Origin: Macrostomum hystrix
Lineage: Eukaryota; Animalia; Platyhelminthes
Direction: 5' to 3'
DNA length: 64,000 nt
NCBI GenBank assembly: GCA_950097015.1
Contig: CATNEN010000001.1
Span: 25,110,001-25,174,000, forward strand
In this document: in pieces, positions 36,758 through 46,276 of the stretch
Position numbering within the stretch: position 1 is the first letter of the stretch
How the letters are laid out: the number at the start of each line of letters is the position of its first letter
Notes under the pieces: model-generated
Told to the model about the DNA's origin: nothing
Databases searched by the model: none
Seen by the model: the letters and a program-made list of their open reading frames with translations, nothing else
Position numbers and translations under genes: made by a program

Positions 36758-39700
36758 TCACAAATCCAATCTACTGGGCGGTCGGATACACGCTCTGTTT
36801 CTCAATCTCGGAGCCCAACGCTGCTGAACTGGTAATTCCTCTCTTTGTCCTCGGGGCCGGCGTCCTCGGCCTTCTCGGTTCACTACGGCTGGCGGCACTG
36901 CGCCACCGCGCGCCGTTGGCACAACTAGCGTGGCTCGCGGAATCTCTGTCCGCACTGGAATTACTGGCACCCTTGGCACTGACGGCATTGCCTGCCTGTT
37001 CGGCACCGGTATCTGTGACGGTGCTTGCCGTGGCGCTACTTGGTGTGGTGGCCAATCGATTTCAATATCCGGGTATTCTTCCTCCGGTTCCACCTCTGGC
37101 GCTCCGGCGCCGACTATCCCACGCCATGCGCATAATTTTTCTTCCGACAGATAACACGGTTTGACGCGATCTACACTGACTATTTCGTGGATCCGATCTG
37201 GCTGTTCAATGCCATGAACCTTGGGTCCGGGTTCGATTCTTAAACACTTGCCACTACCGGTGACCTCAAGTACGCGGTATGGTCCGACCCACTTCCGGTT
37301 CGTATTAAACTGTTTGTGGCCATTCGAAAGCCAAACTAAATCATTCGGTTTATAAAAATTTTGAAATACTTTTGCGTCGTAGTTGGTTTTCATTCGAGTT
37401 ATTGCTACTGATTGTCGTTGCCTAGCAACGCGAAAGGTCTCCATGCACTTCCGGTACAATTCATGCACGTGCCGATCCGCAGTTTTTTGTTCTGGCGGAG
37501 GCAAACCGATTTCTGCGTCTACTGGCAGTCTCATCTTTCTGGCAAATAGCATTTCAAATGGACTGAACTTGTTCGACTCGTTAATCGCACTGCGCTGTAC
37601 CATCACGACGTGGGGCAAGACTTCATCCCACGCGAGGTCTAGTTCGTCACGCGCTAGCTTAATTCCATCCTTCACAACTCTGACCATTCGCTCACACTTC
37701 CCATTCGCTTGTGGGTGGTAACTAGTAGTGTGGCGCAAATCAATACGGAAATTCTCCGTTAAGCTCTTCACGATATCTGCGGTGAAAGAAGCTCCTCTAT
37801 CAGAAATGAATGCTTCCGGTGCGCCATATCGGCAAATCCACTCCGTGTACAGAGTCCATGCGGTGCTCTCTGCTGTACAATCGCGGAGGGCCTTCACCTC
37901 CATCCATCCGGTGAAATGATCGACCATCAGCAGCAGGTATTTATTCCCTCGCTGCGTCGTGTCAAAGGGTCCTGCGTAGTCTATGTGGACCTTCTCGCCC
38001 ATGTAGCTACTAAGCTCGGGCTCCAATGGCGCTCTCAAATTCGGGCCGTATTTCTTTCTAGTCTGACATTCCGGACAAGTCTTAATATAGCGTTCTAAAT
38101 TCGCAGAATAATTTGGCCACCAGAACCGTTGTCTAATCAGGTCTCTGGTCTTGGAGATTCCTCCGTGGGCCATCTGATTATGATACCGCTCGAACAATTG
38201 CTTTTCGAGTTGCTCACTTTCTGGCAGCACGATCTGCTTAAATTCGCGGCCTTCATGATCTCTATAACATCTGTAGATAATGTTCGAGTCTACAGTCAAC
38301 TTGTCATAATCACTGTACAAGGACTTATAACTCCGATGCATTCCGATCCATTCGATCTTTGGCGGGCACTGCTCTCGCGCTAACAGGCGGGTTTTCAGTT
38401 TCAGCAACTCAGGCTGGCCGTCCTGAAGTTCGACCACACCTGCCGGAGAACTTATGTCTATGGCCCCGCAATCTATTCCGTCCGGTTTTCTAGCTGTATT
38501 GCACGTGGGGCACTCCTCGTGGTACTTTTTCGGGGGTCCGTCACGTGATGGTCGGCGGCTTAACGCATCTGCATTGCCATGACTCAGACCTTGGCGATAT
38601 TCTATGGTAAAATCGTACTCTTCCATTCGGCTTATCACTTCGAACTGATCGAACTGTTCGAGGATCATGTTCCATCTTCCCAACATGCCCTTCGCACCGT
38701 GGCACTTCCTCAGCCACTGCAGTGCCGCGTGATCTGTTCTGATCTTAAAATGGCGACCAATCAGATACGGGCGATAGTGCTCGAGAAAATAAATTAGGGC
38801 GTACATCTCCTTCATCGTGGTGCAGTAATTCAACTGGTGCTGATTTAACGGGTGGGACGCATAAGCGATCACCTTCTCTTCCCCGTCCTGCTCTTGCAAC
38901 AAATTCCCTCCGATCGCGCTGTCGCTGGCGTCTACATCCAGGACAAAGGGTCCAGCTTCCTTATCGAATCTGGGATAGCTGAGGACAGGCGCGTGGGTCA
39001 ATTTTTCTTTCAGCAGTTCGAAGGCTTTCTGGCACTCCTCATTCCAATGATATTTAACATCCTTTCGAGTCAGATTATTCAGCGGTTCGCTGATTCGGGC
39101 AAAGTCTTTAATAAATCGGCGATAGTAGCCTGCTAATCCTAGGAATCCTCTAAGCTCAGAGATGTTCTCTGGCCTAGGCCATCGTTGTACTTTCTCAATC
39201 TTGTCTTTACTGGTGTACACACCATGCTGACACACAGTATGACCGAGGAATTCAACCTCCTTCCGAAAGAGAAAAGTCTTTTCGGGCTTAATTTTCATTC
39301 CTGCTTCCTCTAATCTGGCAAAAATAAGATCTAAATTTCTCAGCATCTCTTCGAAATTCTTGCCCGTGCAAATGACATCATCTAAATACAACAGGGCGAA
39401 CTTGTAAGCGTAATCTCCTAAGATTCGCTGCATGATCCTTTGGAAACAGGCTGGACCGTTGGTTACTCCAAACGGCAGCACCTTCCACTGGAATAATCCA
39501 TCGTGGGTTCGAAACGCCAATTTCTCTCTGTCACTCTCGCGCACTTTGACAGACCAGTAAGCTCCTACCATGTCCAGTGTGCTAAAGTACTGGTTGCCGG
39601 CGAGGGACTCTAATGATTCTTGAATTAATGGCAATGGGAAACTGTCCTTCTTAGTCTTGTTATTCAACTGTCTAAAATCACAGCAAAAGCGAAATTCACC

Positions 39701-41632
39701 GTTCTTCTTCCGAGCGAGGACTATAGGACAACTCCACTCGGACTCTGATGGTTCTACAAGATCGTGATCTAGTAATTGGCGGACATGTTCGCTGACAAAC
39801 TCACGCTGCTCAGGGCTCTGCTTTCGCAGTGGAATTCGAACTGGAATCTCGTCGGTCGTCTCAATCTTAAATTCGCCGACGCGGGTCTTTCCAATGTCCC
39901 ACTGATTCTGCGAAATCATACCTTGATACCGGTGTAGCAACTCAATTACTTTCAGTTGCTGATTTGCTGTCAGATCAGTCTCATCCAGTCTAAATTGATC
40001 CCTTATCTTAGTTGCTTCGCTCAGCGTGGGGATCCTCTTCTGATCTTGCCGCTGCTCGGCTGGCTCAGCTTTATCTACAAGAAAAATCTCTAACTCTTCG
40101 TTCGCTGGCTCATACTCAGCAATAACCTCATTCTCATGAATGGTCTTCTCATGCTCGGTTGGGTTCATGACCCTAACAAAGGTTTCGCCGAATTCATCTA
40201 GCGACGTTAGTCCCTTTGCAACTAGAATCGACTGATCCTCATCCTGACCGCTTTTCCTGGTAACAAAACCGTACTCAGCTGCATCAGGGGTCTCCCTACA
40301 TTTGACTTTAATAAATTTCTCACTCAGTGCCGGAATCTTTGCCATGCTGGTTACTTGCAGTAGCACGCAACGTGCACTTTCATCTGCAGTGGTTAGTCTA
40401 ATCCGAATGTTATTAAATTCTAGCGTCTTCTCAGCTATATCGAGCTTAATTCGGTGACGGGTCAACAAATCGAGACCAATAATCGAAGTGGTTAGCAGGT
40501 CTTCTGCGACAAAGAACGGGTGGATCACCTCGCTCTGTCCGATTCTAACTCTTAAGGACACCTGGCCCAACAGTCTGGTAGACTGGCTGTTGGCCGATTT
40601 CATGTTAATAGCGCACGGTTTTAATGCGGCTTTACAGGAGAAGAGCCGGTCAAATAGACTCTTGTCAATCACGCAGTGCGACGCTCCCGTATCAATCAAA
40701 ATTTCTTCACTAACGCCGTTCAACTGACTGTGCAGAAATAAACCTGAGTTTATGGCCTGATTGGAAATAATCGGTTGGACAAATCCGGCTGCCTGCTTTT
40801 TTGCAAGCTTCTCTCCGGCTGCGGCTTCAACCTGCACGGAGTTTTCGAGCCTATTCATTTCCTTTCTAAATTCTCTTATTTCTTTCTTCAGTTCCTCAAC
40901 TTCCTTAGACTTCAGCCTCTCCTCTGGCTTCCTCACAGTCTGTTGCTGTGGAGCTCTACTAGTTACAGGCTCTCGCTGCTTTGCAGCTGCTTTTGCAGTC
41001 TTCACAGGTGCTTTCATTTGCACTTCTTGGCGCAATTGCCGAATCTCTTCTCGCAGCTCTGACAGTTCATTTGCTGCCGCTGCATCTACGGACTTTCGCT
41101 GCTCAGTCTCACTGACTCTCAATTCAATGCCGTTTAATTTTCGGCGGTTGGCGTCAAAGGCCTGGCTCTGAGCTCTGCGCTCTGCCTTCTCTGTTTCGAT
41201 TCCTGCGCAATCGGCGCAACTACAATAGGATTCTACAGACTCCGATATTGAATTAATAGACTGTTCGCTGTGTCCGCAGCATTCTACCTCTAAGGCGCGC
41301 TGCTTGTTACTATGAGTAGTATCACTAGCCCTAATAAAAGAAAAACTAGCTCGCTTCCTCAAATACAATAATAAATCGTAATTAGTTACTCCGCACGTGT
41401 CCCGCAAATGAAAGAAAATCTCCTTGCCTCTCCTATCTCTGAGGAATCCGTAGCCTCTGTTATAATTGTACCACACTAATTTTCCGAACTCTACGTTATT
41501 AAGCTTAATCTGCCGTGCGTCATTAATCACATCTCTCTGCTCAACCGGCCTTCGGTTATTGCCGGGGGTAAATAAATTTAGTGGCGGGGAACGGTCAACC
41601 CCCCTCTGCTGCCGTTCCGCTTGCAGTTTAAA
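36758..41632 (-). CDS. pol: Pol frame (-1 to gag): cold-shock domain, Cys-rich and coiled-coil segment, aspartic protease, RT, RNase H, integrase
   Basis: LIDTGASH (DTG at 40685-40693), LPFG...YLDD (39377-39388), LDVDASD, H-x4-H...CPEC, HIDY/SDRG/E. Frame is open from the slippery site at 41632 and has no ATG of its own near the start. Confidence 0.95.
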   Translation of the reverse strand, partial: FKLQAERQQRGVDRSPPLNLFTPGNNRRPVEQRDVINDARQIKLNNVEFGKLVWYNYNRGYGFLRDRRGKEIFFHLRDTCGVTNYDLLLYLRKRASFSFIRASDTTHSNKQRALEVECCGHSEQSINSISESVESYCSCADCAGIETEKAERRAQSQAFDANRRKLNGIELRVSETEQRKSVDAAAANELSELREEIRQLRQEVQMKAPVKTAKAAAKQREPVTSRAPQQQTVRKPEERLKSKEVEELKKEIREFRKEMNRLENSVQVEAAAGEKLAKKQAAGFVQPIISNQAINSGLFLHSQLNGVSEEILIDTGASHCVIDKSLFDRLFSCKAALKPCAINMKSANSQSTRLLGQVSLRVRIGQSEVIHPFFVAEDLLTTSIIGLDLLTRHRIKLDIAEKTLEFNNIRIRLTTADESARCVLLQVTSMAKIPALSEKFIKVKCRETPDAAEYGFVTRKSGQDEDQSILVAKGLTSLDEFGETFVRVMNPTEHEKTIHENEVIAEYEPANEELEIFLVDKAEPAEQRQDQKRIPTLSEATKIRDQFRLDETDLTANQQLKVIELLHRYQGMISQNQWDIGKTRVGEFKIETTDEIPVRIPLRKQSPEQREFVSEHVRQLLDHDLVEPSESEWSCPIVLARKKNGEFRFCCDFRQLNNKTKKDSFPLPLIQESLESLAGNQYFSTLDMVGAYWSVKVRESDREKLAFRTHDGLFQWKVLPFGVTNGPACFQRIMQRILGDYAYKFALLYLDDVICTGKNFEEMLRNLDLIFARLEEAGMKIKPEKTFLFRKEVEFLGHTVCQHGVYTSKDKIEKVQRWPRPENISELRGFLGLAGYYRRFIKDFARISEPLNNLTRKDVKYHWNEECQKAFELLKEKLTHAPVLSYPRFDKEAGPFVLDVDASDSAIGGNLLQEQDGEEKVIAYASHPLNQHQLNYCTTMKEMYALIYFLEHYRPYLIGRHFKIRTDHAALQWLRKCHGAKGMLGRWNMILEQFDQFEVISRMEEYDFTIEYRQGLSHGNADALSRRPSRDGPPKKYHEECPTCNTARKPDGIDCGAIDISSPAGVVELQDGQPELLKLKTRLLAREQCPPKIEWIGMHRSYKSLYSDYDKLTVDSNIIYRCYRDHEGREFKQIVLPESEQLEKQLFERYHNQMAHGGISKTRDLIRQRFWWPNYSANLERYIKTCPECQTRKKYGPNLRAPLEPELSSYMGEKVHIDYAGPFDTTQRGNKYLLLMVDHFTGWMEVKALRDCTAESTAWTLYTEWICRYGAPEAFISDRGASFTADIVKSLTENFRIDLRHTTSYHPQANGKCERMVRVVKDGIKLARDELDLAWDEVLPHVVMVQRSAINESNKFSPFEMLFARKMRLPVDAEIGLPPPEQKTADRHVHELYRKCMETFRVARQRQSVAITRMKTNYDAKVFQNFYKPNDLVWLSNGHKQFNTNRKWVGPYRVLEVTGSGKCLRIEPGPKVHGIEQPDRIHEIVSVDRVKPCYLSEEKLCAWRGIVGAGAPEVEPEEEYPDIEIDWPPHQVAPRQAPSQIPVPNRQAMPSVPRVPVIPVRTEIPRATLVVPTARGGAVPPAVVNREGRGRRPRGQREELPVQQRWAPRLRNRACIRPPSRLDL
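41563..41632 (-). promoter_or_regulatory. -1 programmed ribosomal frameshift signal (U UUA AAC plus predicted pseudoknot)
   Basis: Heptamer in the correct gag phase (CCT TTA AAC), 7-nt spacer, stem GGAACGG/CCGUUCC, loop GGGGGU complementary to downstream ACCCCC. Confidence 0.85.
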
Positions 41633-42882
41633 GGCTGTAGTCTCTGGGGACAGTCTCGCGCTACATGACCTGGTTGGTCGCAGATGTAACAGGTTCTGGG
41701 TCGTGCAGTAGGCGCATTCGCTCCCGCAGGATTGAAACGGTCATTGGCTGGTTGGCCTCGCCAACCTGACTGCCTTTCGACACCAGTCTGCTGTCTAGTG
41801 GGATTAAACTGCCTAGGTGGAAACATTCTGTTGTAACTGCTCATCTGCGGATTAAAATACGGTTGTGGCTGCGTCTGAGCCGGCGGTCTCATTGGCCGCT
41901 GAGTCTGCATCGATGCGAATTGCGGTCGCTGTTCCTGCCGGTAAAAGTACGGCGAACTCTCAGTGCGAAATTGCGGTGGTGGATAATAATTCGGTTCCTC
42001 TATCTGCTCAAACTGCGAGCTCTGCCTAGCGGCTTTGCCACGGAACTGTGCCTGCTTGACGGGTTCAACCTGGGAAACCAAAGTCTCAGGCGGTTCCGCT
42101 TTTCTTCTACCCTTAGCCCCTTGGCTTGCCAGCTCATCGAGGATCTCCTCGTTCTTGGCTGCTGCGAGCAAATCCATGGCGGTATAAGCGTCGCCTCTGG
42201 ACCGTCTGATAGAAATGACAGCCCGCCTAATTTTGTAATTCAAAATTCCGGCTTCAAATCGCTCAGAAATTCTTTCTCTGGCCTGATTTTCAAGGCCTGC
42301 CTTCCGAACTAATTCAACAAGAGCGTCATAAAAGTGCTCAATGCTCTCGCCTTCCTGTTGTTTCCGGTTCATCAACTGAATTTTTGCTTCTTCCTGCTGG
42401 GCAACTGGCCTGAATTTCTGCTGCAAACTCTCAACTAATCGTGGGTAAGCGAGGTTCGGGTCAAGGCCTAGATTAATATAAATCTTGTAAGCTTCTTCAT
42501 CCAGCAAAGACAATAATTGGCAGGCTCTGGCATCAGCCTCAATGGCGTTACCTTGGCAATAGTTAGTAAAAATCTTTAGAAAAACTTCAAAGTCTCCTCC
42601 GACAGCATAAGGCTTGGGTTTCGCTACTGAATTATTATTCCTATAAATAAGTCTAGGGGCAGCTCTCAAATTCTGGATCTGATTCTGCAGATCGGTAATT
42701 AAAGCTCTTAGTTGGTTATTGTCAGCTGCTAAGTTCTCTACTACTGCGGCTTGAGCATTGACCTGTGGGTCGGCTAAGTTTTGACCTTGGTCTGGCCCGA
42801 GAGCAGGGCCTTCATTCTGTTCATTGGCTACGGCCGCAGGGTCTGGGCCAGCACATCTAATTTCAACTCCTACACCCGCCAT
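41578..42882 (-). CDS. gag: Gag with capsid-like region and one CCHC zinc knuckle
   Basis: RKQQEGESIEHF (MHR-like) and CYICDQPGHVARDC at 41650-41691; first ATG at 42882. Confidence 0.93.
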   Translation of the reverse strand: MAGVGVEIRCAGPDPAAVANEQNEGPALGPDQGQNLADPQVNAQAAVVENLAADNNQLRALITDLQNQIQNLRAAPRLIYRNNNSVAKPKPYAVGGDFEVFLKIFTNYCQGNAIEADARACQLLSLLDEEAYKIYINLGLDPNLAYPRLVESLQQKFRPVAQQEEAKIQLMNRKQQEGESIEHFYDALVELVRKAGLENQARERISERFEAGILNYKIRRAVISIRRSRGDAYTAMDLLAAAKNEEILDELASQGAKGRRKAEPPETLVSQVEPVKQAQFRGKAARQSSQFEQIEEPNYYPPPQFRTESSPYFYRQEQRPQFASMQTQRPMRPPAQTQPQPYFNPQMSSYNRMFPPRQFNPTRQQTGVERQSGWRGQPANDRFNPAGANAPTARPRTCYICDQPGHVARDCPQRLQPLNCKRNGSRGGLTVPRH

Positions 42883-43186
42883 GTACAATTTTTATGAGTC
42901 ACTGATAAGAAAGTCTGCGCGGGCGCTTATCTATAATAGAATCTAACTAACCGAGGCAATAAAATTTCAATCGACCAATTGTACTAACACTGGCCTTTTA
43001 AGTTTGTAGCAAAAATAATAATAAGGTGGAATCTTTAATTAGATTGCAGAAGAACTATATCAATATAAGAACCGTGGAGGTATGTACTTCTCCAGGCTAT
43101 CTCTATAGCAGAACTCTTAAACTTTCTTCTCAACAGGAATTCTCCTTTCTCTCAATAGAAATCAATCCTCCTTCAATAGAAATCTC

Positions 43187-43204
43187 TCCTCCCTAGAGGC
43201 TCCA
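43187..43204 (-). other. Primer-binding site TGGAGCCTCTAGGGAGGA
   Basis: Starts with TGG 2 nt after the 5' LTR end, complementary to a tRNA 3' CCA; tRNA identity not assigned. Confidence 0.75.
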
Positions 43205-43206
43205 AA

Positions 43207-44363
43207 TGTGATATTTTGACTTAGGTCTCTCTTTACGTTGAGATTCCTAAATGAGGTCGGGTGTCCTACTCTTTGTGAGAGATTCCCTTTTCGCAACTCG
43301 AAAATAACGAAGACAAGACGATTCAAATCCCAAGCTAAACAGCTGATATTTAAGTGTTAACCAGTAAATAAGAGAAAGCTATGATCACTGATCAATTCCC
43401 CTGGCAGCGCTCTTTTCGTCCCCTGCCAGGTACTGTACTTAATTCAATCCAATTCACAATTCGCACTAACAAAATCTCGATAACCGCAACACAAAACACG
43501 AACTCTACTCGATAATACGACACGATAAATAACACAAATAAATCCTAGACAAACAGATAGTCCCTATAACAAACAAGACAAATAACGCGAAACCTAACCA
43601 AAATCCCTAACATAAAACCGAGGCGACCAGCAAGCACTTCTGCACTATGGCACAACGATAGTTCTATCGTGCCACACCTAATGTCTGTTCGACGGCGTCC
43701 CACCGATGATTGTCGGCGATATGGAGAGTGCTTCCGTGCTTGCCAATCCCTATCTAACACTCCGTCAGCAGTTGGCCAGACGTACCGAGCTCAGCGCAAG
43801 CTACTTACTGACGTGGGGTTGAGTGTGGGGGTTTTCTTTGACTAACTAGTTGGACCGGTTTACCTGTCCCGGTATCTATTTACTAGGATGCGTAACACGA
43901 ATGAGAACAATATCAAGATCAAGAGCAAGAGCAAGGTCGAACGCGAGACCAGAATCACATGAGAACAATATTTCAGCGCAATAGTCAGTTTTATAGTCAA
44001 GCGCCCGCCCCAGCCCTCATTAAAGCCTGGGTGCCGGCCGCGCCGCTTGTTCTTCTGCCAGGTCGACCCTGCCGGTTAACGAACCGGCTGCTGATTGGCC
44101 CGGCTCGGGGTGTCGCACTTAAGTCGGTTCACTTCAATCGGCTAGCCGTCCTCCCATTGGTTGGGCCCACCAGACCAGGGCTAGTCTGATGCCTTGGCTG
44201 TAGAGCAGGGGTGACCGGCCGGTCGCGTGTTAGGCCTGGCTGGGGTGCGCATGTACAAACAACTAACCTATCAGATACATTAAAATAATTCATAATATTG
44301 ACGTGCGCGAATAAGTTACTACAAGTAGAAATATACGCATTATAAAAACATGCCGACACTACA
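43207..44363 (-). repeat. 5' LTR with candidate CCAAT (~44094), GC box (~44004) and TATAAAA (43995-43989)
   Basis: Direct repeat of 34971-36127; promoter motifs lie in the expected order on the minus strand. Confidence 0.95.
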
Positions 44364-46276
44364 ATAGTACACTACTAGTGATACACTAATAATAGTTTCC
44401 TTCTTTCATGAAGGCATTCGCCCCAGGGGATTTTACGCTTTGGGCGCTGATTTTCCATTCTCTGCTGGAGAGTCGTTATGGAAACGAAAGTTATAGAAAC
44501 AGAAGGAAAGTGTGGATTGGACTAAGTTACCAGTTGAAAGTGCTTCCAAATTCTTGAAACATTTATCTATAATTTTTAAACATGATTATGAAACATTTCA
44601 TTGCAGGAATACAATACATTTTCAACATACTTTCCTCACTAATTACTTTACAGAATACAGCCTATTTTTGAGGCTTGGGATAGACATTGGATTGTCTTAA
44701 TAATAGTCTTGAATATCTGATTCTTATCTGATTCTGTTACAATACGCGTTGAACGTGTTTTCAGCACAAACAACTTATAGTCTATATTGCGTTACGAGTT
44801 CATCAGGAGGACAACTTTTGTTATGTTTGATTAACGATCTAGCCAAGACACTCCAGCTATTTCTTTAGTGGGTGGAGGCTACTTATAAAATATTCACCTG
44901 CTGGCTACCTGCTATAGAAGCAGAAACTTATATACAATGCCTTGTTTAGAGTTTCTGTTGCAAATATGAGTTAGGTTGCAACGGAAAACTGCAGCTTTGT
45001 CTTCAGCAGCACTTGAATTAAGTAAGGCTGCAGATTGGCACTCAAAGTTTCCCATGCCTCTTCTCCAGTTGAAGAGGAAAAAATATTTTTTTATAGAAAG
45101 ATCCAAAATTATTTGCTTGCTGCAGGCACTTGCAAGCAAGATTAGCAACGTAGAATTCTTTCATTTTTGTTGCAGTAAAATGCGGGTTTCAGGGGGAAGC
45201 AACAAGTAAAGCCTACTAAATAGCTTCCATGTCGTTTAAATTTCTCTTTTTTAAAAGGCATTGCCTGATTAAATATGAAAACCTTCACCAAATCCAACAT
45301 TCTACGCATTCCATGCTGGATGCTCTACAGTGAAAATTGAGCCTAAGGGACTCTGCACAAGGGACAGTAGCTTAGAGCCACAGATAGGAACTGCAGGTAG
45401 GGGACTATGTTTTTTGCAATCACTTTTGCACTCTTACAGTTGGATTAGGCTAATCCTGCTGGAATGAATGCAGTAAAGTTTTTGTAGTGCAATCATCTGC
45501 TGCCTGTGCACCATTCGGCAGTTAAAATAAACTCAAAAGAATTGACTACTTGCCAAAGTTTTTATACTCCTGGCTTAAAACATTTGAACTTTTAGCGAAT
45601 TCTAATAATTATAAAGTTAGCTCTTAAGGTTGCAACAATGCTTTCTTTACAATTTAATTTCTACACCCAAGAGTGACTAGCATGACTTCACCACATTGAA
45701 TTTGCATGGAAGACAACGCAACAGATTTTACCGGTCCAGTTACATCAGCTTGACATTAAACATCTTCTAACACAGGAAATCAATAGCTACTAAAGAAGTT
45801 TCTCAATATCGAAAAAATATAGGCCTTTCAAAATTTATGTTCTACGGTTACACTTTTATTTACGCTTATAATGAGTTAAAGTATTAGATTGTGAATTAGA
45901 CATCGGATTATGAACAAAAATGTGAGAAAGTATAGTTTAATATTATAAGCTTTGCTTATAATATATCTTCAGTTAACTTAACTTATAACTTCAGTTGCTA
46001 CGGTAAAATGATAAAAAAATTGCGTATAATGGAACAGAAAATATTTTGGCTTTATCAAGAACGACTTGCTAATGAAAGTTTTCTTTCATTTTACTGTATC
46101 TAAATTTAGTGCTTAAAGTATATGATAGATTGAGTATTTGGTACTGCCACTCAGTATTTAGTTTGCATTACTCAGAATCAGCAAATAAACTATGGTGCGC
46201 TCAAAGCTAGTTCATCGTCTCATTAATCTCAATATAATTGAGTCGAACAGCATAATTATTCAATCATCTGCGTTGG

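Larger units (their letters stand above)
34971..44363 (-). mobile_element. Full-length Ty3/Gypsy LTR retrotransposon (9393 bp)
   Basis: Two 1157-bp TG...CA LTRs; ATAG TSD (34967-34970 and 44364-44367); PBS, PPT, gag and PR-RT-RH-IN pol all intact. Confidence 0.97.
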
